Translations under genes and position numbers: made by a program
Notes under the pieces: model-generated
What the model saw: the letters and a program-made list of their open reading frames with translations, nothing else
What the model was told of the DNA's origin: nothing
Databases searched by the model: none
In this document: in pieces, positions 1 to 9,383 of the stretch
How positions within the stretch are numbered: position 1 is the first letter of the stretch
Layout of the letters: each line of letters begins with the position of its first letter
Source of the DNA: an uncultured Chloroflexia bacterium
GTDB taxonomy: Bacteria > Chloroflexota > Limnocylindria > Limnocylindrales > CSP1-4
Assembly (NCBI GenBank): GCA_963748625.1
Contig: CAVVJT010000010.1
Span: 384,001 to 448,000, forward strand
Direction of reading: 5' to 3'
DNA length: 64,000 nt

Positions 1-1
1 G

Positions 2-2302
2 ATCGTCGCCAAGGGCGAGACGCTCTGCGCGCTGTCGTCGTGGTCCCTCTACACGGGGTCGGCAGCGGGCCTGGTCTTCTACGTGGGAGGCCTGGGCGGT
101 GCGTACTACGCCCCCACCGTCCCGGCGACGATCTGGGATGGCGCCTGGCACCATGCCGTCGGCACGTTCGACGGCGCAACGGTCCGCCTCTACGTGGATG
201 GTGCCCAAGTCGGCTCAGGCACTCCCGCATCGACCTCGATCACCTACGCGATGGCTGACGAGACCGCGCTAGTGCTCGGACGGGACCGGGTCGCGTGCCC
301 CGGAGCCGGCAAGTACAACGGCATCGTGGACCAAGTGGCCGTCTGGAACCGCGCGCTCAGCGCGGGCGAGGTCCAGGCCCTCGGGGCCGGTCCGACACCC
401 ACGACCACCGCGCTCGAGTCGGCGCCCAACCCGTCGACCGCCGGCGCCTCCGTGACGCTCACGGCGACGGTCACGCCCTCGACCGCCACTGGCACCGTCA
501 CGTTCACCGATGTCACCGGGGGTGGCGCGGTCGAACTCGGGACGGACGCACTCGCCGATGGGGCGGCCGCACTCGCGGTGACCTTCGACACACCGGGCAA
601 GCGGCAGATCGTCGCCACCTATGACGGCGCCACCGACTTCGAGCCGTCGACCAGCAGCACGCTCACGCAAACCGTTGCCGCCGCGTCGCTCACGCCGACC
701 ACCACCACGCTGGCAGCCGTGCCGAACCCCATCGGCGCCGGGTCACCCTCGACGCTGACCGCCACCGTCACCCCGATCCCGACCACCGGCGACATCGAGT
801 GGTGGATCGACGGGGCGAAGGCAGCCACGAGCCCGGTTGGCCTCGATGGCAAGGCGAGCATCAACCGGACCTGGGCGGACCCTGGCAGCCACACGGTCCA
901 GGCGAAGTTCGTCGAGGGAACCCTCTACGCACCGAGTCAGAGCATCGTCACCAACGTGACGGTCGCGACGGTCGCCTACGCCGTGACCCTGACCGCCACG
1001 CCGGCCGTCGTGCCGCTCGGGACGACCACGCACCTGGCAGCAGGCGTCAGCCCCGCCACCGCCGGCAGCATCAAGTTCTACGCGGGCGCGGCCCTGCTCG
1101 GGACGCAGCCGATCACCGCGGGTGGCCAGGCCACCTGGGACCCGGTCGTGCCGCAGGGGTCCACCCAGTACCGGGCCGACTTCATCCCGACCGGCGCCAC
1201 CACGGTGGGCGGATCGGCGGCGGTGACGGTGCAGGGCAAGCTGCCGCTCACGCTCGACCTCACCGTCGACCCCTCGGCAGTGGTGTCGGGCGAGGGCAAG
1301 GTGACCTTCGAGATCTGGGCGTCGGACTACGACGTCAGCGGAGCAGTCGACATCTGGGACGTGACCGCGACGCCCGCCAAGGTGGCAACGACCACGTTGG
1401 CCGACGGTCAGGCGACGGTCGACACCCGGCTCCCGGGAACGGGCACGCACTCGTACGAGGCGCGGTTCGCCGGCAGCACCACGCACGTCCCCGCGACATC
1501 GAACACCGTGACGGTGGACCTGGCGCCGGACACCGTGGTCAGCGTGAATGGCCTGGCGCTCCAGTACGGCACGTTCTATCCGGTCAAGGACGGCTACAGG
1601 GATACGGTCGCCATCAAGGGCTCGCCGGCCGAGCCCGTGACCGTGACGATCAAGGTCAAGAACAGCAACGGGAAGACCGTGCGCAGTTGGACGCTCGCAC
1701 GGCGTGACACCGCCTGGTCCGTGGCGTGGAATGGCCGCAACACCGGCGGCACCCTGCAGCCGGCCGGCAAGTACAAGGTCACCCAGACGATCAAGGACGT
1801 CCCCGGCCACACGAAGACGTGGACTGGGTACACGGTGCTCTCGGGCAAGAAGCTTGCTTGGACGACCGCCACGATCACGAAGAACGGCCGGAACTACAGC
1901 AGCTTCAACTACTCGTCGTACGGCTGGGTGCTTCCCTCGAACAAGTACTCGAATGGTGTGAACATCTACGGGAACATCTACGACGAGTGGGCGTGGGTGG
2001 GCTACGCCTTCTCGGTGCCCAAGGCGATCAAGTACGGGACGTTCAAGTTCAGCGTGCTCGGGACGCCACAGAAGGGGCGCGGCGTGCCCTACATCTCGAT
2101 GTGGAACTACGCCGCAAGCTACGAGGACGCCGAGCGGTCGATCGGGCGGACGTACTCGTGGTACTCGACCTCTGCCACGGGAAGCTCACACGTCAGCCGC
2201 AATCGGATCGCCCGAGGCTACGTCACCGTGGTCGGCGAGAACTGGGGCTGGTACGACGTCGCGAAGGTCAAGCTCACGTACCGGTATGCCGTCCTGCGGT
2301 AG
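2..2302 (+). CDS. Surface/secreted protein, 5' end outside window: LamG-like jellyroll, several Ig-like (Big_3) repeats, FlgD-type Ig domain and an aromatic/basic C-terminal domain
   Basis: Frame is open from base 2. LamG motifs WHHAVGTFDG..LYVDG and GIVDQVAVWNRALSAGEV; Big_3 repeats TTTALESAPNPS..GTVTF; FlgD-like VKNSNGKTVRSW..WNGRNTGG..PAGKY. Confidence 0.85.
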   Translation: MVAKGETLCALSSWSLYTGSAAGLVFYVGGLGGAYYAPTVPATIWDGAWHHAVGTFDGATVRLYVDGAQVGSGTPASTSITYAMADETALVLGRDRVACPGAGKYNGIVDQVAVWNRALSAGEVQALGAGPTPTTTALESAPNPSTAGASVTLTATVTPSTATGTVTFTDVTGGGAVELGTDALADGAAALAVTFDTPGKRQIVATYDGATDFEPSTSSTLTQTVAAASLTPTTTTLAAVPNPIGAGSPSTLTATVTPIPTTGDIEWWIDGAKAATSPVGLDGKASINRTWADPGSHTVQAKFVEGTLYAPSQSIVTNVTVATVAYAVTLTATPAVVPLGTTTHLAAGVSPATAGSIKFYAGAALLGTQPITAGGQATWDPVVPQGSTQYRADFIPTGATTVGGSAAVTVQGKLPLTLDLTVDPSAVVSGEGKVTFEIWASDYDVSGAVDIWDVTATPAKVATTTLADGQATVDTRLPGTGTHSYEARFAGSTTHVPATSNTVTVDLAPDTVVSVNGLALQYGTFYPVKDGYRDTVAIKGSPAEPVTVTIKVKNSNGKTVRSWTLARRDTAWSVAWNGRNTGGTLQPAGKYKVTQTIKDVPGHTKTWTGYTVLSGKKLAWTTATITKNGRNYSSFNYSSYGWVLPSNKYSNGVNIYGNIYDEWAWVGYAFSVPKAIKYGTFKFSVLGTPQKGRGVPYISMWNYAASYEDAERSIGRTYSWYSTSATGSSHVSRNRIARGYVTVVGENWGWYDVAKVKLTYRYAVLR

Positions 2303-2344
2303 CGCCGAGGCAGGAGATCCGGTCGCCCGCGCCTGGGCGACCCC

Positions 2345-2465
2345 TCGGTCGCGCCGGCGACCTCTGACCACGTGAGTCGCACCCGTGAGCTCGACAGGGC
2401 GGTCGCCGTGACGCCCGAAGGCGCAGGGAGCGGTTCGAGCCCCGGCGCGCGGATGATCAGGGCCT
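2345..2465 (-). pseudogene. Fibronectin type III domain stub
   Basis: Minus strand reads PLPAPSGVTATALSSSRVRLTWSEVAGAT, a typical FN3 first half. It has no start codon and runs into a hairpin near 2320-2343. Confidence 0.5.
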
Positions 2466-2466
2466 G

Positions 2467-2667
2467 CTACCCCTTCGGAGCGGGGGGCTTCGGCTCCCGG
2501 GCCGTGCCGGACGATCGCTTCGACGGTGTCGTCCGGACGGGCGTGCCTCGGGGCGGAGGCTCGACATGCCCGCGCGCATACCGCTCGGCGTACGGATTGG
2601 GGATGGCGTCCCGGAAGTCGTACTCCGGCGCGACGTTGGGATCAGCCACGGGCTTCTTGGTAGGCAT
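2467..2667 (-). CDS. BrnA-like antitoxin
   Basis: MPTKKPVADPNVAPEYDFRDAIPNPYAERY carries the EYDF...NPYA motif and overlaps the BrnT gene. The C-terminus looks degenerate. Confidence 0.65.
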   Translation of the reverse strand: MPTKKPVADPNVAPEYDFRDAIPNPYAERYARGHVEPPPRGTPVRTTPSKRSSGTAREPKPPAPKG

Positions 2668-2923
2668 GGCGTTCAAGCGGCGTTGCTCGCCGCGCACTGA
2701 CGATGCGTATCCGGTCTCGCTCGACGAATACGACCACGAGGAGTTTACCCGCCGATGAGAAGCCGATGATCACGTCGCGGGCCTCCTGGCCGACGCATGT
2801 TGCCCGAAGCACCCGGGCGAGAGCGTCCCCGAACACCGAGCTCGCCTCGGCGAAGGTCACGCCGTGCTTGCGAGCATTCGACGACGCCTTGGATGGATCC
2901 CATTCGAACTCGAGGATGTCCAT
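2642..2923 (-). CDS. brnT: BrnT family toxin (DUF497)
   Basis: FEWDPSKASSNARKHGVTFAEA...IIGFS..LLVVVF..RIRIVSARRAT. Confidence 0.9.
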   Translation of the reverse strand: MDILEFEWDPSKASSNARKHGVTFAEASSVFGDALARVLRATCVGQEARDVIIGFSSAGKLLVVVFVERDRIRIVSARRATPLERHAYQEARG

Positions 2924-2979
2924 GCTCCGCCCCAGCCGAGGCGGGTGCATGAGGTTGCCAGGCGTCGCTTACGCGCCGC

Positions 2980-3145
2980 TTATCGCGGATCCACCGACAA
3001 GTGCGGACGCTTGTCGCTCAGGTCATTCAGCAGACTGATCTGCCAGTCCACGCTGTCCTGGCAGGAGGGGCCCAGCCGGTCGATCGCGTCGCTCACCGGC
3101 ATCCTGCCGGCCCGGTCTCGGTAGTAGATCGCCTGGTAGCTCACG
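2980..3145 (-). pseudogene. Truncated RelE/HigB (Gp49-like) toxin, N-terminal half
   Basis: SYQAIYYRDRAGRMPVSDAIDRL..QISLL is a typical start of this family; the ORF stops after about 54 aa. Confidence 0.55.
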
Positions 3146-3269
3146 GTGATCCCACGTCGCCTCAGATCCGTCGCCACTGCTTCCTCCCGGCCCCAAGCGA
3201 GCCTGCGGGGGTTGTGCGCAGGCGGATCATCGCGATCCCAACCTCACTCCGGGTTACACCAGCGCCTGC

Positions 3270-3443
3270 GCGTGCCCAGATGTCGCCCCGGAGCTTGCGG
3301 GCCGCCGTCAGACCTTCCTCGCGCACCTCCCGCATGGCCGCGACGACCTCGGCGGCCTCCTCGTCACGCAGCGATCCGATGAATTCCTGCACGGGGCGAC
3401 GTCCGGCGCCCGTCCGGTAGTCCCGCCACCTCCGTGCTGGCAC
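3270..3443 (-). pseudogene. Second truncated RelE/HigB (Gp49-like) toxin
   Basis: RRWRDYRTGAGRRPVQEFIGSL..AAEVVAAM..LRGDIW; similarity is lost after GDIW. Confidence 0.6.
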
Positions 3444-3611
3444 GTCGATCCCTCATGGTCAACTGGTCGCGGGCCTGCTCGGGCGTGACGACCGATGTCA
3501 TCGACGGAGCGACTGACCCGGCACCTCGCAGGCGCTTGGGCACAGGATGCTGATCCCCGCTCACCTGCCGCTTATGTCGCGGCGGCGCGTCCCCTCCCCC
3601 TGCCACACCGT

Positions 3612-3771
3612 GGCCAGGTCCACCAGCACCGGCACCAGCTCGCGCGTCGCCAACGGCTGCCCCATCGCGATCGCGTCGGCGGCCGGCCGCTCGCGCCAGA
3701 TGTGGAGGTCATGCCATTGCCTGCGATCGAGCTTCGCCAGGCGGTCGAGCAGCGCGTCCCAGCCCTTCGCG
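3612..3771. repeat. 160-bp direct repeat copy 1 (duplicate of the 3' part of gene 4527-5618)
   Basis: Aligns without gaps to 4566-4725 with about 8 mismatches by manual count. Confidence 0.95.
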
Positions 3772-3937
3772 CGAGCCACCCATCGCCGAGCGCGACCGAA
3801 ACCCTCACATCATCTGGGCGGAGATGTATGCCGGACGGCCCACATCCGGGCGGTCTTCAACGCCTTCGGCGAGGAGATCGAGGGGTTGGCGCGGTGAGTC
3901 CAGACGTGTGCGCCGGGTGGCGTGCGGCGTCGCGGGT

Positions 3938-4207
3938 CTACCCCACCGGGGCCGAAGACCGATCGATCACCCGGAAGCCGACCGACCGGACAACCCGGGC
4001 GACATCGGCGGGGAACGGGAGGCCGTCGAGCAGGACACCCTTGCGACGCGGGGACAGGATCTCGATCCCGACCACCGAGCCATCGGCCGCGTAGTTGATG
4101 CCCCGGGCATCGTCGAGCCGGACCTGGTGGTCCCAGCGCGCATCGCTCAGGGTCAGGTATGCCGCGTCCACGGCCTCGTCGTATTCGAGCAGCATGTCCA
4201 TCATCAC
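3938..4207 (-). CDS. DUF2283 family protein (putative antitoxin)
   Basis: LEYDEAVDAAYLTL...INYAADGSVVGIEIL. Confidence 0.85.
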   Translation of the reverse strand: MMMDMLLEYDEAVDAAYLTLSDARWDHQVRLDDARGINYAADGSVVGIEILSPRRKGVLLDGLPFPADVARVVRSVGFRVIDRSSAPVG

Positions 4208-4444
4208 CTTGCGCCCCTGCGCCAGACGGTCACCACGCGGAGGTCGTCAGTATTCCACCACCACCTCAACACCCGCACCGTCGAACCATCGCGACCTGAT
4301 CTCGCGGAGCTCGTCGTGGTCGGATGGCCGCACCTCGTCAGGATCGTCGTACACAAGGCGGATCAGGGAGAGTGGGATGCGCTCCCGTTGTGCCTCGCGG
4401 ATGGCATGCCTGCTGAGCAAACGGGGGTCGAAACGGTCTGACAT
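4204..4444 (-). CDS. DUF4258-like putative RelE-fold toxin, one frameshift near 4253
   Basis: LSRHAIREAQRERIP..VYDDPD. Removing one base gives ..VVDTDDLRVVTVWRRGAR* with the stop overlapping the DUF2283 start. Confidence 0.7.
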
Positions 4445-4526
4445 GTCCTGGTCGATGCCGGTGGCGTGCGGGAGTCGACGATACGAACGGGGGCTTACGT
4501 GGGGCTTATGCGGGAGCTCCCCACCG

Positions 4527-5618
4527 TCAGCGACCCCGGGGCCACACGGCATCGATGTACACCCGGGCCAGGTCCACCAGCACCGGCACCAGCTCGCGCG
4601 TCGCGAACGGCTGCCCCATCGCGATCGCGTCCTCGGCCGGCCACTCCCGCCAGATGTGCAGGTCATGCCACTGCGTGCGATCGAGCTTCGCCAGGCGGTC
4701 GAGCAGCGCGTCCCAGCCCTTCGCGATCCGCCGGCCGCCATCGACCGACCGCAGCACCAGCTCCCCGTCCTCGAGGCGCGCCCGGAAGCCCATCACCGCC
4801 CCCTTGGGCGTGAAGCCGCCGCCGATGTAGTCCCCGATCCGCAGGTCGTGCTTCTCGACCACGGCCTCGAGGGCCGCCCGACGCCCCGGATCCGCGAGCA
4901 GCTCGAGGAACCGCGGCCAGTCCCACAGCTCCCGGTTGACGGGGCCGAACTCGGGCGAGCCGTCGCCCTTCTCGATGTACCAGCCGGCCGCGACATGCGC
5001 GGGCGCGTGGGCGGGATCATCGAGGGACCCGTTGGCATAGACGACCAGCTTGGAGGCGCGCCAGCCCTGTCCCCACTCCCCGCCCTGGTGGTAGCGGTCC
5101 GCGATGGCGAGGTGCACCTCGGGACTGCCGTAGATGGGCCAGGACGAGAAGTCCGGGTCGATGTCCAGCAGCGGCCGGAGCACGAGCGGCACCAGGGCGA
5201 CGGGATCCGACCGGCGGCGCCACGTGGTGCCCGTGACCTGGCCGAAGTCCGACGGGGCGAAGCCGGGCCAGCTCCAGCCATCGGTGGGCCGGAGGCGGAC
5301 GCGCGAGCCGATTGCCACCGACGAGGAGCCCGGCGCCAGGCGGCCGAGCGCGTCATCGACATCGCCCCGCACCGACGGCTCCAGGGCCAGGCGGCGGGCC
5401 GATCGCAGCGCCTCGACAGCTTCCTGCTTCGCCCCGAAGCCCGCGGCTGCCTCCACGACCCTGACGGCGAACCTGCCGAACTCCGGGTCGGTCATCCACG
5501 GGGCGACGACATCGATGGCCTCGGCACCATGGCGGGCGATCGGCGTGCGCCACTCGATCCGGGTGAGCCGGTCCGCGACGCGCGCCTGCGCGATGGCCTC
5601 AGCCAGCTGCGGGTTCAT
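4527..5618 (-). CDS. Hypothetical protein with helical N-terminal domain and Trp-rich C-terminal domain
   Basis: 363-aa ORF with coding-like codon usage; no family recognised. Confidence 0.7.
   Translation of the reverse strand: MNPQLAEAIAQARVADRLTRIEWRTPIARHGAEAIDVVAPWMTDPEFGRFAVRVVEAAAGFGAKQEAVEALRSARRLALEPSVRGDVDDALGRLAPGSSSVAIGSRVRLRPTDGWSWPGFAPSDFGQVTGTTWRRRSDPVALVPLVLRPLLDIDPDFSSWPIYGSPEVHLAIADRYHQGGEWGQGWRASKLVVYANGSLDDPAHAPAHVAAGWYIEKGDGSPEFGPVNRELWDWPRFLELLADPGRRAALEAVVEKHDLRIGDYIGGGFTPKGAVMGFRARLEDGELVLRSVDGGRRIAKGWDALLDRLAKLDRTQWHDLHIWREWPAEDAIAMGQPFATRELVPVLVDLARVYIDAVWPRGR
4566..4725. repeat. 160-bp direct repeat copy 2
   Basis: Matches 3612-3771. Confidence 0.95.
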
Positions 5619-5654
5619 CGACTGGCGGTTCGAGCGCGACCACCTGGCACCCGC

Positions 5655-6014
5655 CTAGACATCAGCGAGATCAGGTACGTCGGGATAGTGACCGTAGTCA
5701 TGGATTGCCTGACCGTACCTGACCTTCGTGGGCAGGCCGCAGATGGCGCACCTGGCCAGCGCGTCAAGCTCGAGCCGGTGGTCAACGAAGTGACCCGGGT
5801 AGCCACCGGCGCCGTAGCGCACCCCCCGGCCGCAGGTCCGGCACGTCAGGTGCGCCCTCGGTTGCCGCACGCGCGGGAGCGGCCGGTGGCAGGTGGGACA
5901 GACCTCGAGTGGCTGGGGTGGTGGTGGCGATGCAGGACGCCGCGGCTCGATCTGGCGGCCGTCCGTGTGGCGCTTTCCTGCGGTGTCGCGGATGTCCCCG
6001 TGTCTGTTCGGCAT
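5655..6014 (-). CDS. Small Cys-rich (zinc-ribbon-like) hypothetical protein
   Basis: Three CxxC pairs (CPTC, CRTC, CAIC); GAGGAAG upstream of the ATG. Confidence 0.55.
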   Translation of the reverse strand: MPNRHGDIRDTAGKRHTDGRQIEPRRPASPPPPQPLEVCPTCHRPLPRVRQPRAHLTCRTCGRGVRYGAGGYPGHFVDHRLELDALARCAICGLPTKVRYGQAIHDYGHYPDVPDLADV

Positions 6015-6194
6015 GGCTTCCTCATCCCCTGCAACTGCCGAATGCAAGGCTACCGTCGGCCGCCATCAGCCGGAACCCGCCAAGACTTCGGATAGCCTCA
6101 ACACGGTGGACAACGTTGATGGTCCCGAGCGGCGGTATGCGAGGCTCGCCGACGCACACCGCACCGATCCGGCCGCGGGCGTAATAGGCCCGAA

Positions 6195-7238
6195 CTAGAG
6201 GTCGAACAGGGACTGCTGGACCGGCGTCTCCTCGGCGGCTCGATGGGCGGGCGCCGTATCGTCGGCCGAGGGGTAGGCATCGTCGGCCGGGGCGCCGTCA
6301 AGGGCGGCGTCGGCCGCGGGTGCGACCGGCCCAACCAGCGGGCGCGCCCCCAGGGCGACCAGACGCAGATTGCCCTCGGGCACGGCATCGCCCGTGCGCA
6401 CGTACACGGGCACCCAGCCCGCCTTGAGCGTCTCCACCGCGCCCGCCCACGTCCCGCCTGACGCCGTTGAGCTGGATACCACCACCGCGACGTCGGCGAT
6501 GGCGTAGATGAGCTTGTTGCGACCCATCGCCGCACCCGCCGAGAACGCGGCCCCCGGGTGGTACGGCGATGCCAGCGCGACCATGCCGTCTGCGAGGGCG
6601 GCGCGCGTTGACGGCTCACGGAGCCTGCGCTCGATCCCCTCGGGCAGCAGGCCAGCCACCCGGCCGCCAGCCTCGAACGCCGCCGCCATAGCCTCCTGGT
6701 CCACACCGCGCGCACCACCGGACACGATCACCCGCCCGTCAGCGGCGGCCGATGCCGCGATCCCCCGCGCGAATTCGGATCCTGCCGCATCCACGTCTCG
6801 GGAGCCGACCACCGCCACCCCGCCCGCATCGAGGATGGAGCGGTCGCCCGCGGTGAACAGCAGCGGCGGTGCTTTCGGGCCCAGGCGGGCACGGAGCCGC
6901 GATGGGTAGTCTGCATCGGCCAGCGTCACCACGGTCACCCCGCGACCGGCGAGCCGTTCCAGCTCGAACCCGAGGTGCCCGGAGCGGGCCAACTGCGCAG
7001 CGACCCTTTCCGGGTCGAGGTCAAGGCCGACCAGGATCTCCGCCAGCCCGTCGTCCCCGGCGACCGGCAGACCCAGCAGCGCGCCCGCGGCCAGGCCCCG
7101 AGCCGCGAGACGATCCGCGACCTTCGCCCATCCCGCCGGCCCAAGCGGCTTCGTCGGCTCGTGCCTTGACGACGCAATCGACGAGCAAAGGAGCACGATG
7201 GCGCGCGCGTCGTCCGAGATGGCCACGACGTCGTCCAT
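6195..7238 (-). CDS. DprA/Smf-domain protein (RqlI-like)
   Basis: DADYPSRL..PPLLF..VAVVGSR..IVSGGARGVD..AMGRNKLIYA..GGTWAGA. Start overlaps the helicase stop (TGATG). Confidence 0.9.
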   Translation of the reverse strand: MDDVVAISDDARAIVLLCSSIASSRHEPTKPLGPAGWAKVADRLAARGLAAGALLGLPVAGDDGLAEILVGLDLDPERVAAQLARSGHLGFELERLAGRGVTVVTLADADYPSRLRARLGPKAPPLLFTAGDRSILDAGGVAVVGSRDVDAAGSEFARGIAASAAADGRVIVSGGARGVDQEAMAAAFEAGGRVAGLLPEGIERRLREPSTRAALADGMVALASPYHPGAAFSAGAAMGRNKLIYAIADVAVVVSSSTASGGTWAGAVETLKAGWVPVYVRTGDAVPEGNLRLVALGARPLVGPVAPAADAALDGAPADDAYPSADDTAPAHRAAEETPVQQSLFDL

Positions 7239-9286
7239 CACGACACTCGCTGGCTCGCACGCGCGAGCGCGAACGGGTGCACGGGACCCGCACCCGCATC
7301 GGCCAGCAGTCCGCCCGCCACCGTCAGCGTCCAGCGCGAGTCCACGATGTCGTCCACGAGCAGCACGGGTCCCGGGCGCACGAGCTCGGGGCGGACCGCG
7401 AGCTTCGCACTGGCGTTGGCAAGCTGCTTGGCGCTGTTCTGCATCGCTTTCTGGGGACTCGCTCCGTGACGCACCGTGAGGCAATCCACGTACGGTAGCC
7501 CGAGGCGGTTCGCCAGGCGCCGCGCAACGTTGTCCACGAGCGCTGGCTTGCTTGACGACGGCAGCGCGGTCACCCACGCCGGGGCCGGTTCCGGTGCCCA
7601 GCGGTCCCGGATCAGGGCCACGGACGCATCAACCAGGCGGTCGTCGAACGCGCCATCGTGGTACTTGCCTACCTGCACCATCTGGCCGAACCCGGGATCT
7701 CCGTACCAGGCCAGCGCCCGCCCGGGCTCAAGGACGACGCGCAGGCGGTGCCCGTCCGCGTCCAGCTTGCGTGGCTCAATCACCAGGTCCTCCCCGCCGA
7801 AGAACCGCACCGCCAACTGCACGAGGTCCGGGTCCACGGTCCGGGGCCAGATCACGCCGCCATCGTTGGAGCAGTGACAGCAGACGTCCGCCGCCGGGTC
7901 ATCGAGAACCAGGGCGATGAAGCCCATTCGACAGTCGTCGGTGTCCACGTACTCGCGCATCTGGGCAAGCTCCGCCCGGCGGGCGGCCGTCACCCCCGCG
8001 ATCCGCTCCTCGTCCTGGCGCCACGGGTTCGGCGTGCGGAAGTAGCGTCCTCGCTCGTGAGCCACCGCTCCATCAACCTCGAGCAGCTTGAGCGCCTTCT
8101 CGATCTGCTTCTGCGGCAGGTTCACCTCAGCCTCAAGCGCGTGCATGGTGGCTGGACCCGCCATCTCCAGCGCCCGCAGGATCTGCTCCATCCGCGCGGT
8201 GGGCGGGAACGCAGCCTCGATGAAGTACTCCGCGATGTCATCGTCCTCGCGCCCTGTGAGCAGCACCCCGAACGCATCAGCTACCCCGCGGCCGGCGCGG
8301 CCCACCTGCTGGTAGTAGGCGATGGGCGAGCCCGGACGCTGGAAGTGGACGACGAAGCCAAGATCGGGCTTGTCGAAGCCCATGCCGAGCGCCACCGTGG
8401 CCACCAGCACGTCGAGCCGGTTGGCCAGAAGGTCCGCCTCCAGGTGCTCCCGGTCCGCCGCGCCCACGTCGGCGTTGTAGGCGAAGGCACGGAAGCCCAG
8501 GTCCCGGAGCCAGCGCGCCACGCGAACCGTATCGGCCACGGTCAGGCAGTAGACGATCCCGCTTCCGGGCATGGAGGGAAGGTGCTCCGCCAGCCAGGCG
8601 AGGCGCTCCGCCTTGTCGTGCAGGTGGATCGCGTCCAGGTGGAGCGAGGCGCGCGCCAGGGGCCCGCGGATGATCGCGACATCGTCGCCAAACTGGGCGG
8701 CCACGTCGTGGACGACGCGATCATTGGCCGTCGCCGTCGTGCCCAGCACTGGCACCGTGGGCCCCAGGAGTTTCAGGAGCCGGCCGATGCGCCGGTAGTC
8801 CGGGTTGAAGTCGTGCCCCCAGTCGCTGATGCAGTGGGCCTCGTCCACGACGAACATGCCGATGGAGCGCTGGATGCTGGGCAGGACACGCCCGGTGAAA
8901 TCCTCGTTGGCGAACCGCTGCGCCGACACGAACAGGACGTCGATCCGGTCCTGCTCCAGGTCCGCCTCGATCGCGGGCCAGTCGTCCCGGTTGACGGAGT
9001 TGATGGTGACCGCCCGGAGCCCGAGGCTCGCCGCCATATCGATCTGGTTGCGCATGAGCGCGAGCAACGGCGAGACGATGAGCGTGGGGCCGTGGCCCAG
9101 GTCCCGGCGCACCTTGGTGGCAATCCAGTAGACGAGCGACTTCCCCCAGCCCGTCCGCTGCACCACCAGCGTGCGGGAACCACCGCGGATGGCTGCCTCG
9201 ATGGCGGCTCGCTGGCCGTCACGGAACTGCACCCGAGGGCCAAGCATGGTCTCAAGGTGGGCCTGGAGGATGTCGCTGGTGGCCAT
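7238..9286 (-). CDS. RecQ-like helicase with C-terminal phosphoribosyltransferase domain (RqlH type)
   Basis: QRTGWGKS, VVDEAHCISDWGHDF, TATAN, ATVALGMGFDKPD, YYQQVGRAGR, Zn motif CRM..CCHC, PRT motif VLLVDDIVDSRWTL. Confidence 0.92.
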   Translation of the reverse strand: MATSDILQAHLETMLGPRVQFRDGQRAAIEAAIRGGSRTLVVQRTGWGKSLVYWIATKVRRDLGHGPTLIVSPLLALMRNQIDMAASLGLRAVTINSVNRDDWPAIEADLEQDRIDVLFVSAQRFANEDFTGRVLPSIQRSIGMFVVDEAHCISDWGHDFNPDYRRIGRLLKLLGPTVPVLGTTATANDRVVHDVAAQFGDDVAIIRGPLARASLHLDAIHLHDKAERLAWLAEHLPSMPGSGIVYCLTVADTVRVARWLRDLGFRAFAYNADVGAADREHLEADLLANRLDVLVATVALGMGFDKPDLGFVVHFQRPGSPIAYYQQVGRAGRGVADAFGVLLTGREDDDIAEYFIEAAFPPTARMEQILRALEMAGPATMHALEAEVNLPQKQIEKALKLLEVDGAVAHERGRYFRTPNPWRQDEERIAGVTAARRAELAQMREYVDTDDCRMGFIALVLDDPAADVCCHCSNDGGVIWPRTVDPDLVQLAVRFFGGEDLVIEPRKLDADGHRLRVVLEPGRALAWYGDPGFGQMVQVGKYHDGAFDDRLVDASVALIRDRWAPEPAPAWVTALPSSSKPALVDNVARRLANRLGLPYVDCLTVRHGASPQKAMQNSAKQLANASAKLAVRPELVRPGPVLLVDDIVDSRWTLTVAGGLLADAGAGPVHPFALARASQRVS

Positions 9287-9383
9287 GTCCTCGAGTATCG
9301 CGCGGAACCGCACCGGCGGCGAAGGGTCATGGCCTCACGCCGCCGGGCGGGAGGGCGGGCCAGTCGCCGCGCGATACGCTGCC

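Noticed and set aside
2345-2667. Stop-codon readthrough from the BrnA-like gene into the in-frame FN3 stub
   Set aside because: A one-in-three coincidence; the stub is incomplete and no recoding signal is evident.
2340-4530. Integron cassette array
   Set aside because: No recurring attC (RYYYAAC..GTTRRRY) structures or intI were visible by eye.
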